Source of the DNA: Utricularia gibba
Lineage: Eukaryota; Plantae; Magnoliophyta
Direction: 5' to 3'
DNA length: 64,000 bases
NCBI GenBank assembly: GCA_002189035.1
Contig: NEEC01000013.1
Location: forward strand, 1,984,001 to 2,048,000
Position numbers and translations under genes: made by a program. The stretch's first letter is position 1. Each line of letters begins with the position of its first letter. The notes under the pieces are model-generated. The model saw nothing but the letters and a program-made list of their open reading frames with translations, ran no database searches and was not told the origin of the DNA. Below, in pieces: positions 26,974 to 39,453 of the stretch.

Positions 26974-29068
26974 CTAGGGTGGCCTGAGAGCTGGATGGTG
27001 GGATCCCTTGGTCTGCAAAACGCTCCTTGGCAGCAACGGGAATCCTGATGATGCTGCAGACGCGAACCATGGATTGTGATGATGCTCCAGGCTCCTCACC
27101 TGCTGCTGGTGCTGAATCTGCAGTGACAAATGCAGCCCAGATGAAAATGCCAGAGCCTATGGTTAGTTGTTCAAAGTTCAGACACGAACGTTGTTGTAGC
27201 CTTGGAGGGTGAATGGCGCATGAACCAGGTGTCCCTCAGTTGCCCTCCCTGCTTCTTTTGGTCCATGGCAGGTGACGTGGGAAAGCTGAAACGCCATCTG
27301 AGACTCACCGTGTCTCGGCTGGAGAGCCCCGAAGCTAAGCTGCTGCAATCTCAAAGTGAAATAAACATTGGATAGAAAGAAGAAACAGCAGCTGGTTTAT
27401 CTACAGAGGGTTGGATACTTGCCTCGGGTTGAGGCACAGCTGCCCTGCGGCGAGGATCCACTTCGGTGGAGCAACAGACCGAGGGGGATTCTCCGATGGG
27501 GATGGAATTCCCTAAGCTCAGAGTGAGAGTATGATCTGGTTCATTGTTGGAGGAAGACTCTGATGCAGTGTCATCCATCCACAGTGAGATATGTGCATAA
27601 GAAGGCAGTATTTGAGATCATTATGATTACCTCCTCCGGCTCTGAGCTCCTCCTGGTAAACGCTGGGGTCGAAATTGGTCACTGCTTCTTTGCCATTGCA
27701 TTTAATGGCGGCTTTATCATACGCCCTAAAAGGAGATGGAAATTCGCGAAAAGTGAGCTACCCATTTCAATCCAGAGACTCTGACAGAATCACTGATGTT
27801 ACGTTACCCACCTCGCAGCTTCGATTTCCGTATCGAACAGCCCCAGGTAAACGTATCTGTTTAAGAACATTGAATTGAAGCCCAGAAAAGTGAGAACTAA
27901 CGCTTGTGTTTACAGATGGAAGAATTTATGGTGGAGTCTACGGAGGTTGCTCACTTTTTGCCCAGAAACTGGCCCATTCTTGCTTCCCATCTGCCGCATT
28001 TGTGCAATGTTACGCCTCTGTATTTGGAGCTTCCTCTGGGAAAACCAGTGCTCTGTCGCCGGAGAACCTGGACGAATTCTTCTTTGCTCAAGTTGGTCAT
28101 CTGGGGATCGCAAAAGCCGGAATCAAAATGGGAATCGAAATCAATCTCAGGAGTGGAATCGAAGTTATGATGTACCTTTTCTAGGTCTTCAGCGTAATCC
28201 TCAAGGCAGAAATTTATGTCAGCATCCTCTCCTCTGAACTTTATAGCAGCTCTGTCGTACGCTCTACTTTTACAGATACAAGAAAGAAACAACAGAAATT
28301 AGAGGTGGGTTTTCGTTTCCCGGCCATTAAATGGAAGGATTCACTCACCGCGCCGCCGCGTGGGCGGTGTCGAAGCCGCCTGCAAAAAAAAAGGTGAATA
28401 AGAAGAAGAAGAAGAGGGTAAACGAACAGTCGGAAAACGAACCCAGATACACTTGTTTCCCGCAGTCCCTGAAAGGAATTGTTGAGAGTTAACGGTGAAT
28501 TATTGTTGGCATGTGAAGGAAGAGGGATGGAATGTTTGTCTGTTTTGTTTTGATTGTATGAGAATAGGTACCATATGTGGGATTCCCAGCGCCCGGTTCG
28601 CCGGTAAAACGTGACGCCGCGATACTGGGAGCTCCGGGAACGTGGGCCACGGCGGTTCTTCTTAATTCGCGTCGTTTCAACCGCCGCCGGCCGACCGAGA
28701 AAAGAGCTACCACCACCGCCGCCGTTGGAAAACTCGATTCCCACCCAGTGGGCTGCTCTCGGGAAATTGGGCGCCGCCTCACCGCCGACAACCACGACCT
28801 CATCCGCGTCGCCGACGGGAAAGAAATTCCGCGTCACCGGCAACGACTTGGAGTTTGAAGATTGGTCTATTTCTTCCTCGAATTCAGAACCAACGCAGAA
28901 CCCAAAAATCTTCCTGCCACTGCCGCTCTTCTTCTTCGCGCTCATCCTGCTACAGTCGACGACCGTTTGCTGTTCATCTTCCACAACCACCACCGACGAA
29001 CCCGAATCCGAACCCGATAGAACCCCTTTTCCCTTCTCGCCGAGGGGCTCATGGTTGAGATCCCACAT
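26974..29068 (-). CDS. AP2: APETALA2 (euAP2) double-AP2-domain transcription factor; about 10 exons
   Basis: MWDLN motif, [41 protein letters not shown], micro-exons DCGKQVYLG and [10 protein letters not shown], second repeat [26 protein letters not shown], an EAR-like LTLSL motif and a miR172 site. Confidence 0.96.
27039..27059 (-). promoter_or_regulatory. miR172 target site in the AP2 coding sequence
   Basis: The minus strand reads CTGCAGCATCATCAGGATTCC (AASSGF), the canonical euAP2 site complementary to miR172 AGAAUCUUGAUGAUGCUGCAU. Confidence 0.95.
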
Positions 29069-30896
29069 TTTATCCCTCAGATCACCCAAACCACAAACAA
29101 ACACAAAACCAAAGAACAGTTCTCCTTTCCCCAGCTAAAAAACCAGAGCAATCATCTTATTCGCCAAAGCAAGCTCCACCAACACAAGAACTACTGTGCT
29201 GCAGAAGAAGAAACAGAAGAAGATCTGGCCTGGAGATAGATCACAAACATCTAGATGCCCTCTCCATCCGGTAGGCAGCGCGAAGTCGAATTCTGCATCA
29301 ACCAGCTCCCTGCTATGCTAATCTACGCTCTTCATTCACACAGAGGCCACCCTGAAGCTCAAAGCAGGAGAATATTTTATTCTCCACAGGGCTCATTGAT
29401 TACCCAGAACTCAAGAACTTGAGGAGAAAGCGAGGGGAGGAGGAATCCGCCCACTCTTGCCTTGCTCTAAACTCCAATCAAGAATCTCCCATGTCTCCCT
29501 CGTTTCTATTTATGGATGTGTCTGTGTTTACCATTCCTGGCCCATCCCTTTTACTCCCCTCACTCTTCCTCACGTATCCATTTCCACTGTCACCTGCCTG
29601 TCTCTGCGCACCATCCCATCCCCACCTCATAAAAAACCCATCTTTTTCATCTCCTCCTCCCAAACCGACACTCGCTTCCAACGCATCTGAAAATCAGTTG
29701 CTGTGTGAGGCGTATGTTAATATTAATTCTTAATCCTGATCGTTTTTCTAAGATTGAAATAATTTGGACGTAAAAATAATTCATTGAATAGATTCGGTTT
29801 AATTTTTAAACATTCTAATGTTAAACTGTTATATATTAAAATTAAAAATTCAAATTATTTAATTATTTTCATAAATTATTTGATTAATTTAAAATAAAAA
29901 ATTTATTTTAAAAAATTATAATATTTATTTTAAAAATAGATTTTATATAATTCATTTTATTAAATTTTATAATATAATATAAAATAATTTATAATATTAA
30001 ACTAATTATATTTACATAATTTGAAAATTAATCATATTTTACATAATTTAAATCACAGATTCAAAATACAAAGTAGTTTCTTTATAATTCTGAGAGATTG
30101 TACTAGAAGATTTTTATTTTTAAAAAAATTATGTAGACTGAATTTATATAATATTAAAATTAATGTTTATTTTGGAAGGAAATAGAACCTAAATTACCCA
30201 CCCATCCCATTTATAGCAAACTATGGCCTACTCCAATTGTGATTTAAAATCTATTTCTAATCTCCAACACGTGGGGCATCCATTCCAATTAAAATCGATC
30301 ACATCAATTAATGTATATATTATTTTATTTATTAATTAATAAAATATTGAATTATTTCCGAGATCTAATCTCAAATACCAATTAAAAAATAGTACTTCGG
30401 GTGACAGATAATTTAGAAAAATAGATATATTATTTTTATCTTATTAATTTTTTTATATATGAAATATATTTTTCTCATATTGAAGCTGGCCACTGGCCAG
30501 GTTTATAATACAACTTTACCGTGACATCATTTTCCTCGAAAATAAAAAATATTTAATTAAAACAACGCGGTGCATGAGATCATGAATCATGGGACTTGTA
30601 CCTCCACGTACAAGCTTGCATTAGCGTCTTCCAATTTGTTTTTCTTTTGTCAACTTAATATTAATTAATAAAACCTGGACGTCAATTACGCGTCCTGAAA
30701 AATCAGTAATTTATTTTTAATTAAATTAAATGTTATAAGGTCCACGTCGAGTTGACTTCACCCACGTGGATAAATTAGTTTAGTATGGTGGCGGTAAATA
30801 AATTCATGTCCAAATAATAAATGAAACATTAAAATTCATATGGTCCAATAAAATAATGCAACCAGGTCCCTAACATTTCAATTATTATCGTTTTCT

Positions 30897-30912
30897 CCCC
30901 CCCCCCCCCCCC
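30897..30912. repeat. Poly-C tract (C16)
   Basis: Read directly, in the AT-rich region upstream of AP2. Confidence 0.9.
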
Positions 30913-32891
30913 AATTACACACACTGACACCCTTTATGTTGCCTATTTTTTATGTCTTCTGAAACTTCATTTTCATTTTTTGTAGGATAATGTTTTCCCT
31001 AGTGTTTTAAAAATATATTTAATTTATTTCCTGATTTAATCATTTTTTTAAAATATTGATTTTTATATGAAACTAATAAAGAGAGTATAGGGAGCGAATT
31101 GATATAAATTATTATTTTATATTAAATGACACATAATCACAAGTGTGATTAAAACAAAGTTTAATCTATTTTAATAATTCAATTATTCAATAATTAAATA
31201 AACATGTCATTAATTTCATTATCATGAAAAGATTCATTTTTAAAAATAATCATTATATAGTTTTCTGGAAAAATGACAAATTAAAGAAGTAACCCATTTA
31301 AAAAGACAATGGGCATGTTTTGTTTTGTTAATTTAGGTTTAAGATTATGTAGAATAAAATTAATTTTAGTATTTTATGAATAAATTCAATTTTTAGATTG
31401 AAAAAATGTTTTGTAATATAATATAAAATTATATTACATATTTAAATATACTAAAATAGGTATTCAAAAATTTTAAAAAGTAATTTATTATATAGTTTAA
31501 TTAATAATATAAATGTATTTTTTAAATTTGTCGAGAGCGAAAAATATAATTTTTTAATTAATTTATTATTAAATCACTAAAATAGAAATTCAATACTTTT
31601 ATGAAATTACTTTTATATTGTGAATTTTTAATTTTCTCATATAATAAGATAAGATTATAATGTATAAGAAAGATTTAGTTTATAGAACCTACCCAATATT
31701 ATCCTTTGAATTGATGTTGAAATATCTTTAATTTTCTTTTCTTTTCTTTTCTTTTTCACACATTATCTTCATTCTACAATAAATAAAGTAGTCATTTTTT
31801 TTAAAAAAATGAAATCCACAATATTCATATTTAATGTGGAGTAAATTAAAATATCTTACCAAATAGGACATTACAAATAATGTAGAAATGAGTGAAATTG
31901 AAGGGTGAGGACTGGTGTGGTGTTGAAGGAGGGGAAGCTGTCTGTCACTTTGGTCCACTTGAATTATTAATTTTTTGACACATAATGTTGCCAGATTCCA
32001 ACCCCTCCCATGGCCATGGCACCTCCCTCCACTATAATTTCATCCATCACTAGGAATGTCTAATGAATTGCTATTTCATATGTCGAAAATTTCGTGCGTG
32101 ACGGACATGCCCAAATGTTAAATACGACGAGGTGTCACACATTCTCAACAACATTTGACATTCAATTTAGGCATTTGCTACATAATATAAGAAGTGCAAT
32201 GCAATGCATCATCCCTAAGTAAGGATGATAATATATGCTTTTTTAATGGGTGTGATTGGGACGTGTGTGGCGTACGAGGTTGCTGTAAGCACGGCGGGCC
32301 TGCCGCCACGTCGCCCTACGCCATTTATAATCCTTAAAAACATAAAATAATGGGCTAGGAGTCGCGCCACGTCGCCTCCCCAATTATATTATAATATAAT
32401 AATAATAATTTAGACATATGCTTAGTTGGGAATGTTGACTGTGACGGATTTTTCTTGGCTTATTTTTTTTAATAAAATATTCCACGAATTAATAATGTGC
32501 CGACTACACGACAACTGCATTTAATATATACACATATATTTTTTTGTGGAGGAGGCATTTAAACTTTTTCAAAATATACATAGTTTTTTAAAAATAATAA
32601 AAAAAAGTCTACTATGTTTTTTTTATAATGAAGAAAAGACGAAATCTTATCTCAAAATAAAATAATACACGGGAAATATTATATGCTTATGGTGGACCCC
32701 ACCGGGAATATAAACAACTCATTATTATATTTCCATAAGCTCGTATCAATTTAATATGCATGTAGATATTTTTTAAAAATAATTCCCTACCAAAAACAGT
32801 TGACATTGTTTGTCGTCGGAGTTTTCATGGGTCGGGTCGAAGTTTTGTGAATCCAACAAATGGATACAGAGAGCTGGGCTGGGCCGAGTGC

Positions 32892-35747
32892 TCAAGCGGG
32901 GCCGCACTTGCTCAGGCAGGCGGCGCCCTCCTCCAGGTAATCTTGCTTGCTGATCCAGAACTCAGGGGCGTCCTGCAATGGGGTAGCAGTCACATGCATC
33001 AAGTGTGGAGGAGATGGGGGGGGGGGGGGGAATTGTCTTGTACCTTCATGATTCCTGCGAGGACTGCGCCTCCCAGATACACCATGTGTTTTCTGCGTGG
33101 AGGGTCCTCTATCCGGAGTCGTAGTTTCTGTGGAAGAAAAGGCAGAGAAGGATGTTGCTCGGAGATCCAGGAAAGAGAGAAAATGAGTACAAAGGACTGG
33201 TCAATCAACCTTCAGGCCATCCGCGTTGCCCTTCAAAACCACGTCCAGATAGCGCTCCAGTATTTCTTTCTCCAGTCTATTACAGGCATGAGAAACAACA
33301 AATGGATATTAAACTGCTTCTGAGAGAAACGAGCAAGACCCACTGCCGACAGACAATAATTGAATAGGAATAGAAAAATTTATGCTCTAAGGAATACAAC
33401 CAGTATGTCTTCCAAGAAAATGGAAAACTTGAGTTTTTAAGGGGGGCAAACAAATAAAGTGCGTCTAAAGAATCATGCAGCATCAGGGTTTCTCAGAGTG
33501 ACAGGAGACGGAATGGGTTTTTCGGGTTGTCAATAGCTTAAATGATGAACATATGATGCTGCTTTAAGTCAGGGTGCTCCAAAAAGCAGTGAAGGTATCA
33601 CTTGGTGTGACAATCTAGAAAATAGCTTAGAAATGGTTTTACCATCTTTACTACTAGTTTGAGAAACAAAGTCTTTCTAGATAGTGTAGTACCGACTTGG
33701 CAGCCCAGGGTACATTGTGCTCCCACCACTCAATACAATATGCTGGTAAAGCTGCAGAATTAAGTCATGCAGTTGCATTAGATCTTCACAATCTTGGGAC
33801 AGAGTTATTTGAAATAGAGAAGTGTTTTTACCATCATCCTATTATCTATATCCATCTCCTGGATACATCTAAATACCATGTCTGCCATTCCGTCTCCTTC
33901 GACATCAATGAGTTCCTGCAAGGAAAAGAGGGTGTGGTGACAAATGACAGAAAAAAGTTCGTAACACACAAAACACCGATGCCTCACTAATTTATCTTTT
34001 GCATCCCCAAGAAAAGACTTTCCAAGATAACTAAACTGGTAAAATGAGAATGCAACATTTGGTGCGTAAATAAGAATGAATAAACTTGAAGCAAATAAGG
34101 GAGGAACAGAAAACAGCATCAACCAACCCTGAAGAAAACAAGAATCATCATTCCAGAATCCATGGAGGATAGTACTTACTGGAGTGAAAAGAGCCTCTGG
34201 TGCTTGAAATCTCTCAGTACCAACTTTGATTACTCTTCCATCAGGAAGCTAAGCATCAAGGAGTAATCAGTAACTACAGCATCTCGCAAGCATCAGTGAA
34301 ACAGAAGCTTGCAGACTTCGAGCTTACAGTATAGTTCTTAACAAGTATGGTCGTCTCAAGCCCCAACTGATACTCTCTTTTGTAATCATAACTTCAGGGG
34401 ACAACAAAGCTTTTAGCGCATGTACACATGCTCAGCCAAGTAAAACAGCCAAGGTTAGCTTACCTAAGGTAGCAAAGTTTTTCTTTGATACTTCTCACGG
34501 TTTCAAAGTCAGTAACTTTGTTCATAGCATACCTGCAGATATGAATATAAAAAAAATTAACACTTTTTTGCAATTATCATTCGTGTTCCTAATTTCCTGG
34601 ACCACCTACCCCCTCATAAGCAAATCAACAAGATATGATGTTATATGCCTCCCAGCTACATTCATTCGTTTTATAAGATGAGGAAATGAGTATCCATCAA
34701 CCACCGGAGCCTGGAAGATAGGGCGTTAAAAAAATAAGTAATTATAATACAAAAATACATATTAACAGCGTTTAAAACATACCACATGAGTCACTCCATC
34801 GCCAGAGTCAATAACAAGTCCAGTGAGCAACCCTAAGGCATTTAAATCATATGTTGAACAGCAGTACATGTCCATCCAAGTAAAACTATAAGAATTTGGA
34901 AATAACAATCAAGCCACATTCATTTGTGAATAAGCACCTTGAGCATACAAGGTTAATACCGCTTGTATTTGGATGAAGACACCCGAAAAATTGTACTTCT
35001 CAAACATGATTTCAACCTGAAAAGTTAATACAAATGTATGATAAATTAAAAATCCATCACAGTTAAATTCAAAAACAATGTTAATTCGATGTCCGACCAT
35101 CTTTTCACGGTTTGCCAATGGGTTTAGAGGAGGATCCGTGAGCAAAATCTTACATTCTGCAGGGTCTACCTTCAAAAAATGATAACATAAACTTCAAGTG
35201 AGAAGAGATGGCATAAAAAACCAAAGAAAAGGCATACACCTTCAATTCGCTAAAGAATGCATGATCCCAGACATGGCCCATGTCATCCCAGTTCTGCACG
35301 ATGCCATTATTGACAGGGTAGGTAACATCCAACTGATGTCTCCACTTCAAGCAAGCATCACCCACAAGAGTATCCTGTATGAGCGCATAAGTAAAATGCT
35401 TTTCATACTCGAAAATCATCAATCCACTCACAAATGAAGCATGAAACCAAAAAAATACAAAAAAGAAAAAAAAAACACAACCATGATCTCTTGTTCCATC
35501 AAAGATTCCTCATACCGAAGCATTGGCCTCCCAACGACGCAAGGAAACACTGAAGTGGGGAAATTCTCCCCAGCAAAACCGCACTTTACGTACTGAATCG
35601 ATGAAAATTGAAGAATTCATTAACGAATTAAGAAGCAATATCCAAATGCTGAGTCCAACAAAGAAACAGCGCAGGATAGAGAATCAAGTGGAATTCGAGA
35701 TTTACGCCGGTTCCATTGTCACAGACGACGACGTTTCGGTTATCCAT
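32892..35747 (-). CDS. ARP2: Actin-related protein 2 (ARP2/3 complex subunit); multi-exon
   Basis: [14 protein letters not shown]|[78 protein letters not shown] and [19 protein letters not shown]. Confidence 0.97.
33016..33030. repeat. Poly-G tract (G15; poly-C in the sense strand of the last ARP2 intron)
   Basis: Read directly. Confidence 0.9.
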
Positions 35748-36123
35748 TTTCCGAAGACGGTGATTCACTACCGATCACAGCGATCAACGCCGGGAACAGC
35801 CCTCTGGTGCTAGCACCTATTGCAGTAAATTGACTCCAATTTTTCATTTTTGACAGCCTCTGGTGCTTCGGAGTTTGGAACCACTCCACCCCGTTTACCC
35901 AACCGGGTTTCGGGTTTGGGGCGGGTTATGCTTTGATCTGCGCCATTTGGTGCGATGGCTGGTACGAGGGATTTTAAAGGTCTCAATTTTAAATGTGTCT
36001 TTAGCCATTTTCATGTCTCTTGTGAAGAAGAGAGGAATCATCTTGCCTTCTTAATTCTGTATATATATAAGCACACATTCTGAAGAGAACGGGGGATTTC
36101 AAAGGTGTTGGGGGATTTGGAAT

Positions 36124-37677
36124 ATGGAAGCAGGAATTGAGCAGCTCGTGAACATGGGGTTCGCCGCCGAGCTGGCTGCGGAAGCCCTAGCCGCGGCGGA
36201 GGGCAACGTCGCCGATGCCGCAGATTGGATTCTCGAAAACGGGAGTCGTCATTCTCCGGCAGCGAAGTCCCGATCGCCGGTTGTTCAATCAAAAATCAAT
36301 ACCTTCTTCAACTTCGGTTCTGAGAAGGATGTCGACCGATTCAGCGCAGACGCTGCCGCGGACGGAGATGGATTTCAGAAACAAAAGCGTCAAAAAACCT
36401 CCGAGTCGGTCCCGTTGTCGGAGAGAATGCGGCCTCAGAATCTCGATGAAGTGGTCGGGCAGGAGCACATTCTCGGTGAAAACTCTCTCCTCCGGTCGGC
36501 CGTTCGCTCCGGCCGTCTCCCGTCCATCATCTTCTGGGGCCCGCCGGGAACCGGCAAAACCTCTATCGCCAGGGCTATTGCAAGCGATTGTCATTCCTCC
36601 TCTTCTTCTTCTATGTACCGGTTTGTTTCTCTCTCCGCCGTCACTGCCGGCGTGAAGGATGTCAGGGACATCGTAGACCAGGCCAGAAGAGCAAAACAGA
36701 TGAACCACAAGAGAACAGTTCTGTTTCTCGATGAAGTCCACAGATTCAACAAAGCGCAGCAGGATTCCTTTCTTCCTATAATCGAAGATGGAAGTATCGT
36801 ATTCATCGGCGCTACTACTGAAAACCCATCTTTTCATCTCATCACTCCGTTGCTATCCCGCTGCAGGGTCCTAACTCTGCATCCCTTGAAGCCCCACCAT
36901 CTGGTGTCTCTCCTAAAAAGAGCTGTCTCAGATTCTCTCAGAGGACTATCATCAAACACCTCTGGAGCAGCCAAGCTGGAAGTAACCGATGAAGCTATCG
37001 ACTTCTTGTCGTCCCAATGCGACGGAGATGCTCGTGTGGCACTGAACTCCCTCGAGTCCGCAGCCACCACCGCCATCGCCAGAACCCAAGAAACACAATC
37101 AGCCACCACCGTGACACTCTCTGATGCTAAACAAGCATTGCAATGCAAGCATCTAGCCTACGACAAGGCAGGGGAGGAACACTACAACCTGATCAGCGCC
37201 CTCCACAAATCAATGCGTGGTAGCGATGCCGATGCATCCATCTATTGGCTCGCCAGAATGCTGGAAGGAGGTGAAGAGCCACTCTACATCGCACGCCGCC
37301 TCGTCCGATTCGCAAGCGAAGACATCGGTTTGGCTGATCCCCAAGCCCTGCAACAAGCTGTTACCTGTTACCAAGGTTGCCATTTCATCGGAATGCCAGA
37401 GTGCAATACGATTCTGGCGCAATGCGTCGCGTATTTGGCGTTGGCTCCGAAGTCGGTGGCTGTGTATAGAGCAATTGAAAGTGCGCAGAAAATGGTGAGG
37501 GAATCCGTGGGACAGAATGAGAGAGTTCCGTTGCACCTGAGAAATGCACCGACGAAGATGATGAAGGATCTTGGTTATGGCGAAGGGTACGTCTATCCTC
37601 CAGGCAATCCTGATTCAGCGCTTCAAGCTTATCTTCCTCCTTCGATTCAGGGCCACAAGTTTCTGGATTGGCCATAG
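36124..37677 (+). CDS. WRNIP1: WRNIP1/MgsA/RarA replication-associated AAA+ ATPase with N-terminal UBA-like domain; single exon, 517 aa
   Basis: IEQLVNMGF (UBA-like), PLSERMRP, Walker A WGPPGTGKT, Walker B LFLDEVHRFNK, GATTENPSF, HYNLISALHKSMRG and VPLHLRNAPT. Confidence 0.96.
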   Translation: MEAGIEQLVNMGFAAELAAEALAAAEGNVADAADWILENGSRHSPAAKSRSPVVQSKINTFFNFGSEKDVDRFSADAAADGDGFQKQKRQKTSESVPLSERMRPQNLDEVVGQEHILGENSLLRSAVRSGRLPSIIFWGPPGTGKTSIARAIASDCHSSSSSSMYRFVSLSAVTAGVKDVRDIVDQARRAKQMNHKRTVLFLDEVHRFNKAQQDSFLPIIEDGSIVFIGATTENPSFHLITPLLSRCRVLTLHPLKPHHLVSLLKRAVSDSLRGLSSNTSGAAKLEVTDEAIDFLSSQCDGDARVALNSLESAATTAIARTQETQSATTVTLSDAKQALQCKHLAYDKAGEEHYNLISALHKSMRGSDADASIYWLARMLEGGEEPLYIARRLVRFASEDIGLADPQALQQAVTCYQGCHFIGMPECNTILAQCVAYLALAPKSVAVYRAIESAQKMVRESVGQNERVPLHLRNAPTKMMKDLGYGEGYVYPPGNPDSALQAYLPPSIQGHKFLDWP

Positions 37678-37782
37678 AAATCCTTACTGAATCAATGCTC
37701 TGTTTCTGCATCCCATATTTTTTGTGAAGCTTCTTGTAGAAGCCTGAATTCCGCTTGTGCGGTTTTTGTTCCTGAAAATAGT

Positions 37783-37799
37783 TGGGCCGAGTATGGGCC
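37783..37799 (+). promoter_or_regulatory. Tandem site II motifs (TGGGCC x2) upstream of NAC-beta
   Basis: TGGGCC at 37783-37788 and 37794-37799. Site II (TCP-bound) elements are established in promoters of plant translation-related genes. Confidence 0.55.
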
Positions 37800-38254
37800 C
37801 ATTGTACTGGCTACAGTCGGTGTAGCCCGTTTAGATGGAGTGCGAATACCGAAAATACCCTCTTACCGGATCTTCGCTTTCAGCTAGGGCTTTTGTTTCT
37901 CGATTGAATTCTCATCGCCACTGGTTCTTCCCCCGCTTCAATTCTTGTTTTGCCCAGTGAGAGCTCTCTGTGCTGCATACAAGGTAATTTGCTTGTTCTT
38001 CTTTTCATTTCCTCTTGCTCTATTTTGTGTACCCATCATCTGATTTGGAGGTGCTTCATATTGGGGTTTGGAATCTGCGTATTACTGTGTTGGACGTCCG
38101 TTTATGGAATTGAAGTCTGGTGTGAAAAATTGTATTGCATGGCTTGTGTCTCTTAATCTGCTAAAGTGTTTCTTGGGAAGTGGAAGTTCGGATGTATCTG
38201 GAATGCATCAGTATGGGTTTTTCAGTGTTAAGCCTCAGTTGTTCTGATGTTCAG

Positions 38255-39120
38255 ATGAACGTGGAAAAGCTAATGAAGATGGCTGGTTCAGTTCGAACTG
38301 GTGGAAAGGGTACCGTGAGAAGGTTTTGAAATAACTTCTTTCTCCAATTTTTGTTGTCTCCTGGTTATGCAAAAAAAGTGCAGTTTGCTCCCAGAAAGTT
38401 CTTGGTAAGGGGAACACTAACTTTCGAGTGGTGCAGAAAGAAGAAGGCTGTGCACAAGACGACCACAACCGATGACAAAAGGCTCCAAAGCACGTTAAAG
38501 AGAATTGGGGTGAATGCCATACCCGCCATTGAGGAGGTCAACATTTTCAAGGACGATGTGGTTATCCAGTTCACCAACCCAAAGGGTATTATATTCCTAT
38601 CACCCGGTTTCCATTGTTGTTGGTATAACTTCTCTATAGCTTCCGTGCTTAAAATTCTCCCCCTTTTAACCAGTGCAAGCTTCCATTCCGGCCAACACTT
38701 GGGTGGTTAGTGGCACTCCACAGAACAAGAGTACGCTTCCTTATCTACTTCCCATCACGCAATGACCCCTGCCCCTGCCTCTGATTAATGCTTCCTGCTC
38801 CTTTTTTTTTCTCCCAGAACTGCAAGATATTCTTCCCCAAATCATAAACCAATTGGGTAAGCTTCATTTGTCACCCCTGAAGTCCTTGATGTCCCGATGT
38901 AACAGTGGCAAGTGTTGAAACTGTTGCAGGACCCGATAACTTGGAGAATCTGAAGAGGTTGGCTGAACACTTTCAGAAGCAGTCCCCAGCTGCCGGCAGC
39001 AACAGTAGAGCCGTTGGCGCCACAGCTTCAGCAGAGGATGTCGATGAGGATGAGGTTCCCGAACTCGTAGCCGGACAGACATTCGAAGCTGCTGCCGAGG
39101 AGCACAAACACAGTTCTTAG
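38255..39120 (+). CDS. BTF3: Nascent polypeptide-associated complex beta subunit; 5 coding exons
   Basis: [64 protein letters not shown] and DEVPELV. Confidence 0.97.
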
Positions 39121-39453
39121 GCTATTTTTTTTAAAAAAATCTGTTATTATTATTATTATTCTGAGATTCCCAAAATTTCATACGAATTAAGTGTGAGGAC
39201 AAAATCTGAACTTTTTGTTGTATTGGTTTTTTCTTTTTCTTTTTTCTTTTTTTTTTTACATTTAAAAAAAATAAATAGTGGATAGAAAAAGGAAATGTCA
39301 GCAGTACCGTCTGCTGTGTAGCCGGTGAAAAGAGGGGACTTGAAGAAGAGAGGCCTAAAATTCCGAGGTCTATCTGAAGCGCACGAGCGGTCGCTCTTTG
39401 CGTGATAATGAACCTCTAAGCTTGCAAGCCAAGCAGAGAAGCAAGGCGAAGTA

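Noticed and set aside
29740-31960. Very AT-rich stretch as a transposon or satellite
   Set aside because: Low complexity with no periodic unit or element termini.
36124-37677. Horizontal transfer of bacterial mgsA/rarA (intronless gene)
   Set aside because: The N-terminal UBA-like domain and overall sequence match the native plant WRNIP1 type.
36215-37711. Long overlapping or antisense ORFs within WRNIP1 (and similarly within AAA, AP2, PPR, MMD1-like and DiT2)
   Set aside because: Shadow ORFs of GC-rich coding sequence with no independent motifs.
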